Of a stretch of DNA of 64,000 bases, positions 33,623 through 42,781 are shown one piece after another. The DNA is from a virus. Both the position numbers and the translations under genes were made by a program. Under the pieces are notes generated by a model. It did not search any database and was not told where the DNA came from. It saw only the letters and a list, made by a program, of their open reading frames with translations. Each line of letters begins with the position of its first letter. The first letter of the stretch is position 1. Location: IMG/VR virus record IMGVR_UViG_3300045988_125206. One strand, written 5' to 3'.

Positions 33623-34203
33623 TCTACATACTCCTTATCAGCATCTCCTACAATCAAAATATGTTTGTAGGTATATTTTTCATTGTAAGTTGGTTTATCA
33701 AAAGTATAAAACATTCTTCTGATTGTTCCTCTTGGAACATATGCACGTCCCATTCCTTTTCGATTCTCATTCTGAGCAAGAATCTGAGCAAGTGGTAAAT
33801 TAAATACAACTGGAATAATATCTACTCCATCCAAATCAAGTCTATCAAGAACTCGATTTCTCGCTTTTTCACTCAGATGAGTTGCGTCTGCGAAAACTGC
33901 AATATCATCAGTTGCTTCATTTAAAGCATTTTTAATTCTATTACAGAACTCATCAAAGACATCATCTTCATATTTGAAGATGTTTTTATCATCTTCGTTT
34001 AAAAACTCAGCTCTTACTTCATCTCTTGACACATGTACACACTTGTAAGTTGTTGCCTGTGCCATTTCCTTCTTGACGTAAGTTGTCTTTCCCGATCCCG
34101 CTGGACCGCACATAAGAAAGAGAATCTTGTGCTTCATCTTTATACACCCCATTTTCAAAATTTTCTTTAAACTCAAGAACATCTTCATATGATTTACATT
34201 CAA
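33619..34203 (-). CDS. polynucleotide kinase-like P-loop kinase (AAA_33 family)
   Basis: Walker A MCGPAGSGKTTYV. HVSRDEVR. The likely true start is the internal MKHKILF. Confidence 0.7.
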   Translation of the reverse strand: MNVNHMKMFLSLKKILKMGCIKMKHKILFLMCGPAGSGKTTYVKKEMAQATTYKCVHVSRDEVRAEFLNEDDKNIFKYEDDVFDEFCNRIKNALNEATDDIAVFADATHLSEKARNRVLDRLDLDGVDIIPVVFNLPLAQILAQNENRKGMGRAYVPRGTIRRMFYTFDKPTYNEKYTYKHILIVGDADKEYVE

Positions 34204-34369
34204 TATGATTTACTTCTTGTTTGCAGAATACACAGTACATTTTCTTCCTATGAAATCTACCATGCTGATGACTATTACGACGTGGTAAACTCATATTCTT
34301 ATGACCGCAATTCATACAATAAAAATCATTGATTATCATTTTTCCATTTCTTCGTCCCATTAGTATCAA
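34019..34369 (-). CDS. Zn-ribbon protein (the overlapping C-terminal tail is uncertain)
   Basis: CMNCGH...CVFCKQ motif. A consensus promoter lies directly upstream. The 3' part overlaps the kinase ORF in another frame. Confidence 0.35.
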   Translation of the reverse strand: MILMGRRNGKMIINDFYCMNCGHKNMSLPRRNSHQHGRFHRKKMYCVFCKQEVNHIECKSYEDVLEFKENFENGVYKDEAQDSLSYVRSSGIGKDNLRQEGNGTGNNLQVCTCVKR

Positions 34370-34488
34370 TTCCTTTTAATTATTTATTACATATATATTA
34401 TATAATATTTTTTATAAAATATCAATTAAGATATTTTATTGAGTATCGGAAAGGATTTTTAAAATCCTTTCCTTAACTTTCTATATAT

Positions 34489-34517
34489 ATTATATAATAT
34501 TTTTTATAAAATATCAA
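34489..34517 (-). promoter_or_regulatory. consensus promoter copy 2 of a tandem pair (copy 1 at 34397-34425)
   Basis: Two near-identical 45-bp promoter elements are separated by the hairpin GGAAAGGATTTTTAAAATCCTTTCC (34448-34472). Confidence 0.6.
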
Positions 34518-34742
34518 TTAAATATCAATTTCTGCATCTAACATAAAATTTTCAGCCTTAATTTTTTCCCAAGCCTCTTCTCTTTTCTTTTTTCGATGAA
34601 AGATAGATTTAACTTTCATAACTTCTGATATTGCTTCTGCACTGACCATAGCGGTAAGCATTGACCATTGCCCATCACAAGCTCGTCTATTAGCCCATTC
34701 AGAGAACTCGTCAAATGTAACATTTTTCATTTCTTTCTTCAT
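34518..34742 (-). CDS. hypothetical protein
   Basis: 74-aa ORF. Confidence 0.35.
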   Translation of the reverse strand: MKKEMKNVTFDEFSEWANRRACDGQWSMLTAMVSAEAISEVMKVKSIFHRKKKREEAWEKIKAENFMLDAEIDI

Positions 34743-34744
34743 TT

Positions 34745-35923
34745 TTATCTCCTTTGCATAATTCCAAAAGGATTATCGCTATAATAATCTCCTTCAATTT
34801 GCGGAGCATATTCATTACAATGGGTAATGATGATTTTTTTAGAAAATCTTGTATCAAGTTTAACTTTTTCAAAATCATTGTCAATTCGAGTAATTACATC
34901 ACTTTTTTTCATTACGCCATATCTTAATCCGCCCTGGAAATCATTATGTACATTTGTTTTATCAAACATTTCTGTATTGATTTCTTTTTTCTGAGCTTCC
35001 TGTTCAATAGGACCGACCCCATGTCTGGTCACATATGAACGTGTCACATAACAAGCATCAACTGAAATGTCTTTTTTGTCTGCTAAAATTTCAAAAGGAT
35101 ATGTTACTCCTGTGCGGGAAGTAGTATGCCAAATATCATCATAATAAAAATCAAGCCCTAATCCCTGACCATTCTCGAAGATAAAACTATCAAATTTATT
35201 ATAAAGATTATCAAAAGTGATAATTTCATTTCTTTCAAGGAAAAATAATATATCACTTCTAAAATTACAAATTAAAGACTGTCTACCAACAGAATGTTTA
35301 TCAAAATATTCTCTATAAGTAGTAATTTTATCAAGCCGTACTCCACGTTTAAAAAGAATTACAAGGCAATCTCTCCAGATTTCTTCCATATGAAGAAGAT
35401 ATTCTTCATCTGTCCAGCTTGCAAAGTCAGCAACCGTAAAATGAGTTTTCATTGTAGGGTCACCATATCTATCCTCAATGGCACACCAAGAGCCAAAACC
35501 GCAAGAACCATATTCTCTTTCGCCATTCTGCTCGGCAATCCAATTTTCTGTAATATGGTCAATCATCATATCAAAAGGAGTAATTACTTTTGCTTCTGGA
35601 TCAACATATCCTTTTAAATTCAAAGGAAATAAATGTTGTTCTAATAATTCATAATACTCTTTTGTATAAGTCATAGGATGAATAAAAAAGGTTTTCGCAA
35701 AAAAAGTTGGGACTCCTTCTGCGGTTCCGCTTCCAAAATGATGATATACATGCCGTAATTTAGTTGTATAATCAACTGTATGACCACGCTGAGCCGTTCC
35801 ATTGTGAAAGATAACTACTGGCTTTAAGCCTCGATTAAGAGCATCTTCACAAAAATGATTTGTTACAAGACCTTTTCCTTCATCACCAAAGTTTGCTCCA
35901 ATAACAATTTTACTTTCTTTCAT
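34745..35923 (-). CDS. adenylosuccinate synthetase (PurA)-family protein, divergent; candidate PurZ-like enzyme
   Basis: IVIGANFGDEGKGLV matches the PurA GDEGKGK P-loop. NGTAQRGHTV matches the GHT motif. FENGQGLGLD matches the EGAQG motif. VTRHGVGP matches TRVG.GP. The IMP-site motif is altered (YGSCGFGSW instead of GTTGRGIGP). Confidence 0.75.
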   Translation of the reverse strand: MKESKIVIGANFGDEGKGLVTNHFCEDALNRGLKPVVIFHNGTAQRGHTVDYTTKLRHVYHHFGSGTAEGVPTFFAKTFFIHPMTYTKEYYELLEQHLFPLNLKGYVDPEAKVITPFDMMIDHITENWIAEQNGEREYGSCGFGSWCAIEDRYGDPTMKTHFTVADFASWTDEEYLLHMEEIWRDCLVILFKRGVRLDKITTYREYFDKHSVGRQSLICNFRSDILFFLERNEIITFDNLYNKFDSFIFENGQGLGLDFYYDDIWHTTSRTGVTYPFEILADKKDISVDACYVTRSYVTRHGVGPIEQEAQKKEINTEMFDKTNVHNDFQGGLRYGVMKKSDVITRIDNDFEKVKLDTRFSKKIIITHCNEYAPQIEGDYYSDNPFGIMQRR

Positions 35924-35924
35924 C

Positions 35925-36236
35925 TTAATCTAACCTTTCATCACAGTATTTATCTACAAAAGTTTCAAAACCCATTCTCGCACAAATTACATCAAGCTCA
36001 TCAGTTGTCTCTTTAACAGAATCTTTAATAGAATAAATAATCCAATTATATTCCTGCTCAATAGTTTCATCTTCATCATTTAATCCAAAAGATTCAGCAA
36101 CATTATAAGCCATTTCATAGCCATAATCATTGGCTTCTTCAATGTCATTTACATCTACAACTTGACAATTATAGATTCCATGCAGTCCTTGATAAGTACC
36201 TTCAGTTGCATAAATATAAACTCTCATAAAAAACAC
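35925..36236 (-). CDS. hypothetical acidic protein
   Basis: 103-aa ORF. Confidence 0.4.
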   Translation of the reverse strand: MFFMRVYIYATEGTYQGLHGIYNCQVVDVNDIEEANDYGYEMAYNVAESFGLNDEDETIEQEYNWIIYSIKDSVKETTDELDVICARMGFETFVDKYCDERLD

Positions 36237-36262
36237 CTTCCTTAACTTTCTATATATATTAT

Positions 36263-36286
36263 ATTATATTTTTAATAAAAAATCAA
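36263..36286 (-). promoter_or_regulatory. consensus sigma70-like promoter (TTGATT-17-TATAAT), representative copy
   Basis: Minus strand reads TTGATTttttattaaaaatataaTATAATatatatagaaagttaagg. An upstream terminator hairpin at 36286-36307 supplies a U-tract that merges into the -35. Confidence 0.7.
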
Positions 36287-36314
36287 AGGAGGACTATTGT
36301 CCTCCTTTTATATT

Positions 36315-37235
36315 TTAAATATCCCAGCTCACTTCAGAAGAAGCTGTATCATTGTCATTAATGTCAATTTTGACTGGACCAGTTTCAAAAGCTGTTCCTG
36401 TTTCATCTCCATGACTAATTACAATATCTGTAATAATCTTTGCAAGACCATTTAAACCAGATACAAAATAATGGTCATTTCCTACGAGTTCCTTCCAAGA
36501 CTCATCTAAGTCTGGATATCTGCTGCACAGCCATTGATAAGAGCTTTCTTTGTCATCAATAGAGATATGGTAAACATCAAATTTATCAAAGACTTCTTTC
36601 TTTAAATCTTCTGTTTCAACATCACCCTGAAGAGAATCTCCTGTGCAATCAGCTAATCCCCATTTTGGTAAATAAGGATTAGGCTTTTCATCTCCCATTG
36701 TAATGATAATACCTTTCTGACCTCTATCCCAGCAATCAAGTTTACAATGGTTTAATCCCATGTACCAAGCGGCTGTATAAGATTCAAAACTATTACCACC
36801 ACCACCGCCTTCAAAGTACATCTTATCAAGCTGCTCCGCAATTCTAATATCAGATTCAAATTGAGACATCTGGATTGGGGCTCTATCATAAGCAAGATCT
36901 CCAATTCCCATTACGCAGAACTCAACATCCTTAATAGAATTATCTGCATAAATATCAGTCATAATCTCATTCAGTTTCTTAGCAACCTGGACTGCGGCAC
37001 CGCCCATAGAACCAGTTACATCAAGTGCCAGAATAACTGGAACTGTATGCGGATGTTCATCAGAATCACAACATTCACGCATTACTCCTTTTGGATTTAA
37101 AGCTGCGTCAAGCTTACGAGATGTATAAAACTCCTGTACTGAAAAAGCCATTGTATCAAACTCGTCAAGGGAAACTCCCCTTGAACGAGATGTATAATCA
37201 CTAAACGCCTTAGTTGTCCAACTTCCTCCACCCAT
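36315..37235 (-). CDS. von Willebrand factor A (vWA) domain protein
   Basis: MIDAS motif VILALDVTGSMGG. vWA fold length. Confidence 0.8.
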   Translation of the reverse strand: MGGGSWTTKAFSDYTSRSRGVSLDEFDTMAFSVQEFYTSRKLDAALNPKGVMRECCDSDEHPHTVPVILALDVTGSMGGAAVQVAKKLNEIMTDIYADNSIKDVEFCVMGIGDLAYDRAPIQMSQFESDIRIAEQLDKMYFEGGGGGNSFESYTAAWYMGLNHCKLDCWDRGQKGIIITMGDEKPNPYLPKWGLADCTGDSLQGDVETEDLKKEVFDKFDVYHISIDDKESSYQWLCSRYPDLDESWKELVGNDHYFVSGLNGLAKIITDIVISHGDETGTAFETGPVKIDINDNDTASSEVSWDI

Positions 37236-37996
37236 TAGTCTTCGTCCTCCTCATCATCATCTGCGTTAATCACCGGAGCATCACCAAAATCAAAGGCTCC
37301 ATCAAACATATTCTCAAACATGTTTCCGCCATTTCCCATCATCATAAACATCATAGGATTCATGCCGCCCATGTTCATAGAACCGCCTGTGTTATTTCCA
37401 TTAAACATCTGGCTCATCATCATCATGCTCATCATAGAGGACATAGAGCCATTGTCCTTAGTCATGTTCATAAATGGACTGAAAATCTTACCATAGCAGT
37501 ATGTTTTTCCCATAAACACATGATGCTCTGGAATAGTCTCCTGAATGGTAGAATCTTTATAACTGAAAGTCTTAATGGAATTTTTTCCTACCTCAATAAC
37601 TGCTCTTGGCTCGTTATTAACAAGGATAATATCACCAACAGCAACTTTAAATGTAGGAACTACCCAGAATGCTCCATCCATATCAAAAGCGAAATTATCA
37701 CAGTTTGTAAGTTTCATTGTCTTAACATTGAAGGTTTTGTAACCATTCTGCACTTTAATGGCAATCTTACCATTGGCGCCCATCTTGCAATAGCCTTTTG
37801 CTACCGGCTTAAACATTCCATTAAACATATTTCCAAAATCAAACATATTCTCTTCTTTCCTTTCCTTTTGCTCTTTTTCTGTATCTCTGACAATAACCCA
37901 ATGATCCATTATATCGCCTATATTTCTTAGAGTCTGATCTAAGATTTCTGAAAAGTTTGGATCATCAATACCGAAAGCATATCCATTTTTTATCAT
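37235..37996 (-). CDS. hypothetical protein with Met/Gly/Asn-rich low-complexity region and acidic tail
   Basis: C-terminal third reads SMSSMMSMMMMSQMFNGNNTGGSMNMGGMNPMMFMMMGNGGNMF...DDDEEDED. Start/stop overlap with the vWA gene. Confidence 0.5.
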   Translation of the reverse strand: MIKNGYAFGIDDPNFSEILDQTLRNIGDIMDHWVIVRDTEKEQKERKEENMFDFGNMFNGMFKPVAKGYCKMGANGKIAIKVQNGYKTFNVKTMKLTNCDNFAFDMDGAFWVVPTFKVAVGDIILVNNEPRAVIEVGKNSIKTFSYKDSTIQETIPEHHVFMGKTYCYGKIFSPFMNMTKDNGSMSSMMSMMMMSQMFNGNNTGGSMNMGGMNPMMFMMMGNGGNMFENMFDGAFDFGDAPVINADDDEEDED

Positions 37997-38058
37997 TTCT
38001 TTTCTTTAACTTTCTATATATATTATATTATATTTTTTTTATTTTATCAATTTACATA

Positions 38059-38427
38059 TTACTTATCCTCATCATCATAACAGTAAAACTGTTCATCAGG
38101 GTCTTTTCTTACAGAATCCATGCATCCGTTAGGAACTTCAAGAGCTTGAACTGGAGTTAAATCTCCATATAACTTTTGATACCAGCTTGGATGATAGCAT
38201 TTAATATAAGCAGGGTCGCCTACACAATCCGTATATCCTCTCGGACATACTGGATTATATACCCGAAACTGAGAATACTGAGGTACTTCTGCATATATAG
38301 GATTTTCTCTGCATTTAATGCAAAGACTTTTTGGTGCTACGCATTTATCACATCTTGTCATTTTATTAATCCTCATAACCGCTATTTGCGTCAAACAGTA
38401 CATTTTGTTCCCAAGTATCCAAATCAA
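38059..38427 (-). CDS. cysteine-rich hypothetical protein
   Basis: Multiple CxxC pairs. The true start may be the internal MTRCDKC. Confidence 0.4.
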   Translation of the reverse strand: MIWILGNKMYCLTQIAVMRINKMTRCDKCVAPKSLCIKCRENPIYAEVPQYSQFRVYNPVCPRGYTDCVGDPAYIKCYHPSWYQKLYGDLTPVQALEVPNGCMDSVRKDPDEQFYCYDDEDK

Positions 38428-39106
38428 TTAATGGTAAGCTTCCTGTAAAGAAACATCCACCATCAATATCAATTTTATGAGCTTTTCCCGCAGAATCTTT
38501 ACAATAAAAATATGCCCCAGGAGAAGCTTTCTTTCCACTCATTTCACACATATATTCATAACAATAATGGCTTAAAAGAGGAACAGGAGTATGTCCATGA
38601 ATCATAACTACATTATCCATTCCACCTTCTTCATCCCATTCATCATCAAAATGCTCTCGATTCCAAATGAAATCATCTTCAAATTCTGGAAATCCTAAAT
38701 GCGGTCCAGGCGTAAAACCTGAATGAGATAAGATTACAACTTCTCCATTTTTATTATCATAGCGATACCATTTAGGAAGATTGTCGATAATATCAATGTA
38801 TTTTTCATCGCTTCCATCTGCCTCCCATTCCTCAACAGTAGATTGACCACCGTTAAAAGAGTGAAGTCTTGTGCAATGTTTTGCTCGCATAGAATCCGCA
38901 AACATCTGTTCGTGATTGCCACAGATTAAAAAGAAATGTTTAGAATCTTCAAGAACTTCTTTTAAAATCTTAAATCCTTCTGGACCTCTATCTACACAAT
39001 CACCTAAAACATAGCAAAAACTATTGTCTGCATATACAATATTTTTTACCATTTCCCATAAACCATACTGACCATGAAGGTCAGAACAACAATATACATG
39101 ACTCAT
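38366..39106 (-). CDS. Ser/Thr protein phosphatase-like metallophosphoesterase (PPP family)
   Basis: CCSDLHGQ ... GDCVDRGP ... GNHE ... MIHGHTP. Confidence 0.8.
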   Translation of the reverse strand: MSHVYCCSDLHGQYGLWEMVKNIVYADNSFCYVLGDCVDRGPEGFKILKEVLEDSKHFFLICGNHEQMFADSMRAKHCTRLHSFNGGQSTVEEWEADGSDEKYIDIIDNLPKWYRYDNKNGEVVILSHSGFTPGPHLGFPEFEDDFIWNREHFDDEWDEEGGMDNVVMIHGHTPVPLLSHYCYEYMCEMSGKKASPGAYFYCKDSAGKAHKIDIDGGCFFTGSLPLIDLDTWEQNVLFDANSGYED

Positions 39107-39135
39107 ATTTTACACCTCATATCTTTTTACAATAA

Positions 39136-39336
39136 TTATTTGTCATTTACTTGAAAAGACGTTACTAAAAGTCCTTCATTTTTTAACAAAGCGACAATTT
39201 CATCTTCTGGAATTTCATACCATCCAGGATTTTGATATTGAAGAACCTGATAAGCTAAAGACTCTAAAGCATCTTCCAGTTCACATCTATCACAACCGCC
39301 AAATTCAATCATTTTTATTTTTCCTTTCTTTTTCAT
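39136..39336 (-). CDS. hypothetical protein
   Basis: 66-aa ORF with a consensus promoter upstream. Confidence 0.35.
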   Translation of the reverse strand: MKKKGKIKMIEFGGCDRCELEDALESLAYQVLQYQNPGWYEIPEDEIVALLKNEGLLVTSFQVNDK

Positions 39337-39552
39337 TTGATATATATATTATATAATATTTTTTATAAAAAATCAATGCCCTATCTTTTTGATAGGGCAT
39401 TACGTTAATAATGTATTATATTTAAAATGATTTGTGCAAGTCCACCAAAAATAAAACCTGTTATATAGATATGGCTTGGCTCATTAAATTTAGTGCTTAA
39501 AATAGCACCTGCCACACAAACCAGTATAAATAGAATAAAAAAGATAATATCT

Positions 39553-40092
39553 TTAATCCAATGTTTGAAAGTCAAAAGTTCCACCTCTTTCTTTCATTTC
39601 AGCCTGATATACATTCCGATCATAAGATCCATGTGCACAGGCTGCGGTCATTGCTCTTTGATGACAAATATCACATCTGCAAGATCCAAAAGTACCAATA
39701 CCCGTTGGATAAAACATATATGTGTATCCACCACCTGAACAGCCGTGATATCCATGTGGATTATCATGAACCTCAGTATCATGTTTCTTTTTCCAATCTC
39801 TGATAGCTACACTTTCCTTCTCAGTAATTGGAAAACCTCTCCACATATCAGCCAATGCCGCATCTCTTTGTTTCTTCATATCCTGCATTTCTTTAGTTGC
39901 ATATGCTTCTTTTTCAAAATTATCTATTTTCTCTCTTAAAGATTCAATAGTCTTTTGTTTATCAAGAAGGTTGACTTTAATATTGTCAAGGTATTCATCA
40001 ATAGTTTCTTCTCTATTTAAAATAGGGATAGAATGACTTATAGATTTACCATTTTTAAATCTATACATTGTTCCATCGGGACTATTAAACAT
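39553..40092 (-). CDS. hypothetical Cys/His-rich protein
   Basis: 179 aa with a C-terminal HGCSGGG...CRCDICH cluster. Confidence 0.45.
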   Translation of the reverse strand: MFNSPDGTMYRFKNGKSISHSIPILNREETIDEYLDNIKVNLLDKQKTIESLREKIDNFEKEAYATKEMQDMKKQRDAALADMWRGFPITEKESVAIRDWKKKHDTEVHDNPHGYHGCSGGGYTYMFYPTGIGTFGSCRCDICHQRAMTAACAHGSYDRNVYQAEMKERGGTFDFQTLD

Positions 40093-40102
40093 ATATAACC
40101 TC

Positions 40103-40564
40103 CTACTGGTTCAAAAGTTCAGTAAGAACTTTATTGATAAGTTTTCCATCTGCTTTGCCTTTAAGTTTAGGCATAATATTTTTCATAACCATACCCTTCA
40201 TTTTTGGTCCAATAGGCTCAGTAACGACCTGAGTAAGCTCAATTAACTCTTCATTAATAAAAGCTCGAATTTCATCTTCTGTCATAAGGGTTGGAGCAAA
40301 TTCTTTAATTACTTCAAGTCGATATTTATAAGACTCTAAAAGGTCTGTTCTTGCGGCAGGGCAAGTATCAATCATCTCTTGCACAGTCTTCTGCTCTTTT
40401 AAGATAACTGCATCAACCATATCTTCTGGAATGTTATTTCGACAATTTTTATCAATAGCCGCCTTTTTAATGGCATCAACAAGACTGGAAATAACATCTT
40501 TTCGAGCCTTATCTTTAGCCTTCATTGCGGTAACCATCTCTTTCATAACTGTATCAAGTGTCAT
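40103..40564 (-). CDS. GatB/YqeY-domain protein
   Basis: C-terminal GKADGKLINKVLTELL is typical of the YqeY family. Confidence 0.55.
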   Translation of the reverse strand: MTLDTVMKEMVTAMKAKDKARKDVISSLVDAIKKAAIDKNCRNNIPEDMVDAVILKEQKTVQEMIDTCPAARTDLLESYKYRLEVIKEFAPTLMTEDEIRAFINEELIELTQVVTEPIGPKMKGMVMKNIMPKLKGKADGKLINKVLTELLNQ

Positions 40565-40565
40565 T

Positions 40566-40862
40566 TTAATTCTCTCCTTTATAATATTCTTTTACAAAAT
40601 CTTCTATTGGCGTAAAAGCTTTATAAGTTGATGATAATGCAACTAATTCTTTCACTCCTACAATTCCTGGAATATTTAAAAGCTCTTTAATTGCTAACGT
40701 TTCATTCGGAAATTGTTGTCTTTCAATATGACATTCTAAGTCATCTTCATTTAAACACGGAATAAAGACATACCTCCATGTATTAAACATCTCATCTTTT
40801 GAAATACAAAGTCTCCGATATGAATTTTTATTATCTTTTGAAATATGTAATTCAAGAAACAT
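40566..40862 (-). CDS. hypothetical protein
   Basis: 98-aa ORF. Confidence 0.4.
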   Translation of the reverse strand: MFLELHISKDNKNSYRRLCISKDEMFNTWRYVFIPCLNEDDLECHIERQQFPNETLAIKELLNIPGIVGVKELVALSSTYKAFTPIEDFVKEYYKGEN

Positions 40863-41116
40863 TACTTTCCTAACCTCTCTTCAAAAGTAGTAATAAAATC
40901 TTCAACACTTCTTTTTGGAGAAGCTGTTAAAAGAATTTCTGTAATATTTGGATATTTTCGTAAATCTCTAATAGCATCTAATTCTGACGCAAAAGTGCAT
41001 TTACAAATATGATGTTTAGTGAGATTTACATAGCGATATTTATGGAGATTCTTATCAAAAAGAATCTCCACTTCCTGCGGATCTTTGTCTGAATAAAAGA
41101 TTTTAAAATGGAACAT
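40862..41116 (-). CDS. hypothetical protein
   Basis: 84-aa ORF. Confidence 0.4.
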   Translation of the reverse strand: MFHFKIFYSDKDPQEVEILFDKNLHKYRYVNLTKHHICKCTFASELDAIRDLRKYPNITEILLTASPKRSVEDFITTFEERLGK

Positions 41117-41307
41117 TAATATTTCTCCTTTCTTAAAATCCTATCCATTTTTTGTCTGCGGTTATCCGTTCTGGCGGGCTTACCGCCTGGCTTCTTCTTA
41201 TACGTTGGGCAAGTCTGACAATGACCGTAGAAGTCAGCCTCTTTGCCTAAATCACATTTTCCGTTACATACATAATGAATACAAGCGATTTCTCGTGTCT
41301 TTGCCAT
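41116..41307 (-). CDS. small basic Cys-rich protein
   Basis: 63-aa ORF with CxxGKC...CQTC. Confidence 0.35.
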   Translation of the reverse strand: MAKTREIACIHYVCNGKCDLGKEADFYGHCQTCPTYKKKPGGKPARTDNRRQKMDRILRKEKY

Positions 41308-41538
41308 TTCTCTTACTCCTTTTTATTTATTTCCTAAAGTCATCTATAGTCATTATTAGATTTAAAACAAAACAAATTCCCCAACAGATAGCACAAAAGA
41401 TTGAAACTCCAATCCTAAAATCTGTTGTAGCAAATGAAGCCTGCACACAAAAAAGAAGACAAACTACTAAATCTAAAAGTGCTGTTATAAGATATAAAAA
41501 TCCCATAATATTTACTCCCTTCTTAGAAGCTCCATTCC

Positions 41539-42729
41539 TTAAGAATGGAACTTCAATAGAAATTCATTGGAAACTGCCTTAAAGGACTGAACACCATCCT
41601 GAGAACGGAATACAAGACCTTCACGCATCTTTCCATCTACTACAGAATCACCAGTTGCAATAGCAAGAAGTTCATCAACTGTATCTGGGAGAATAAAGTT
41701 TTCATCAACGATTGGTACCCACGGAATACCAAACCCCATCATCAATTTGCTTGCCCGTTTAGAATCCCAACGACCTTCCGCAGATGTAATAAAGTTGAAT
41801 CCCATAAAGTTATGCTCTTTCAGAGAGTATTCTCTCTTCTGGATACCCTGACCATAAGTTTCACCCTGAAGTGTTACCCATTCAAGGTCTGGACGATTTC
41901 TAAGAATTTCCTGAAGGATAGCTTCAACATTATATTTTTCAGCCATTTCAACATAAACATTGGTGTCATAGAAGCAAGATTTATCTGGCTTATCAAATAC
42001 TACATTACGAGAGCAGATATAAAACTCAAATTTTTCTTTCTTCAAGAAACGAGTTTTAATTCTTCTCATTGTAAAGGTAGTAGAAGTACCATCAATTTTT
42101 TCAGTTGCAACCCATGGATTTTTATTCTCAAGAATCCAAGGCATGTTCTGTACACGCTCTTCATCTGTCTTAGAAACCCATGCCGGCCATCCGGTCTTCT
42201 TATCAGAGGTTTTACCAAAGAACAGGAATAAAAATTTCTTACCCCAAGTTCTACGCATTAACCATCTAAAAGGCTGATGAGAGAACAATTTTCCATGTCT
42301 CTGAGCCATTTTTTTATATTTATCAGCAGAAGATGCTTTACGAGCATTATCTTCCTCAACTGCATAAGTCACTTTTAATTTCTGAGTTAAAAAGTCACCA
42401 AGTTTATAAGCATCTTTCTCCCAACCGAAGTCTTCAAAGCCCATAAGCAGACCCTGAGAAATTACAGTACCTTTAAAGTATTTCTGAGTCTTAATTTTAA
42501 AGTGTTTTGGCTCAAGAAACATAAATGGCTCTTCTGCTGGAACCTTAGAGTCAATCTCAAAGTAAACAGCCAAATCACCTGGCTTAAACTGATCTTTACG
42601 AACCATAATATGCCAACCATTTACGATAGCTACTTCTACTCTGTCAGCTCCTTCAATAGGACGAATCTCGTCAACTTTGACAACATAAGCAAGCTCTCTT
42701 TCTTTCTTTTCATTCAGCATACCTATCAA
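41539..42729 (-). CDS. RNA ligase (Rnl-family nucleotidyltransferase)
   Basis: Motif I KIDGTS. Motif III-like LQGETYG. Motif IV REGLVFR. Motif V FKAV..EFLLK. Confidence 0.7.
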   Translation of the reverse strand: MIGMLNEKKERELAYVVKVDEIRPIEGADRVEVAIVNGWHIMVRKDQFKPGDLAVYFEIDSKVPAEEPFMFLEPKHFKIKTQKYFKGTVISQGLLMGFEDFGWEKDAYKLGDFLTQKLKVTYAVEEDNARKASSADKYKKMAQRHGKLFSHQPFRWLMRRTWGKKFLFLFFGKTSDKKTGWPAWVSKTDEERVQNMPWILENKNPWVATEKIDGTSTTFTMRRIKTRFLKKEKFEFYICSRNVVFDKPDKSCFYDTNVYVEMAEKYNVEAILQEILRNRPDLEWVTLQGETYGQGIQKREYSLKEHNFMGFNFITSAEGRWDSKRASKLMMGFGIPWVPIVDENFILPDTVDELLAIATGDSVVDGKMREGLVFRSQDGVQSFKAVSNEFLLKFHS

Positions 42730-42752
42730 TCTCCTTTATTTATTGTAAATAT

Positions 42753-42781
42753 ATTATATAAAATTTTTAAAAGTAAATCAA
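42753..42781 (-). promoter_or_regulatory. consensus promoter copy upstream of the RNA ligase gene
   Basis: Minus strand reads TTGATTtacttttaaaaattttaTATAAT. Confidence 0.65.

Noticed and set aside
37214-37930. Plus-strand 238-aa His-rich ORF (HHKHHRIHAAHVH...)
   Set aside because: It is the antisense reading of the ATG/GGN-rich codons of the Met/Gly-rich protein gene (ATG reverse-complements to CAT, His). It sits fully inside a better-supported minus-strand gene and has no promoter or RBS.
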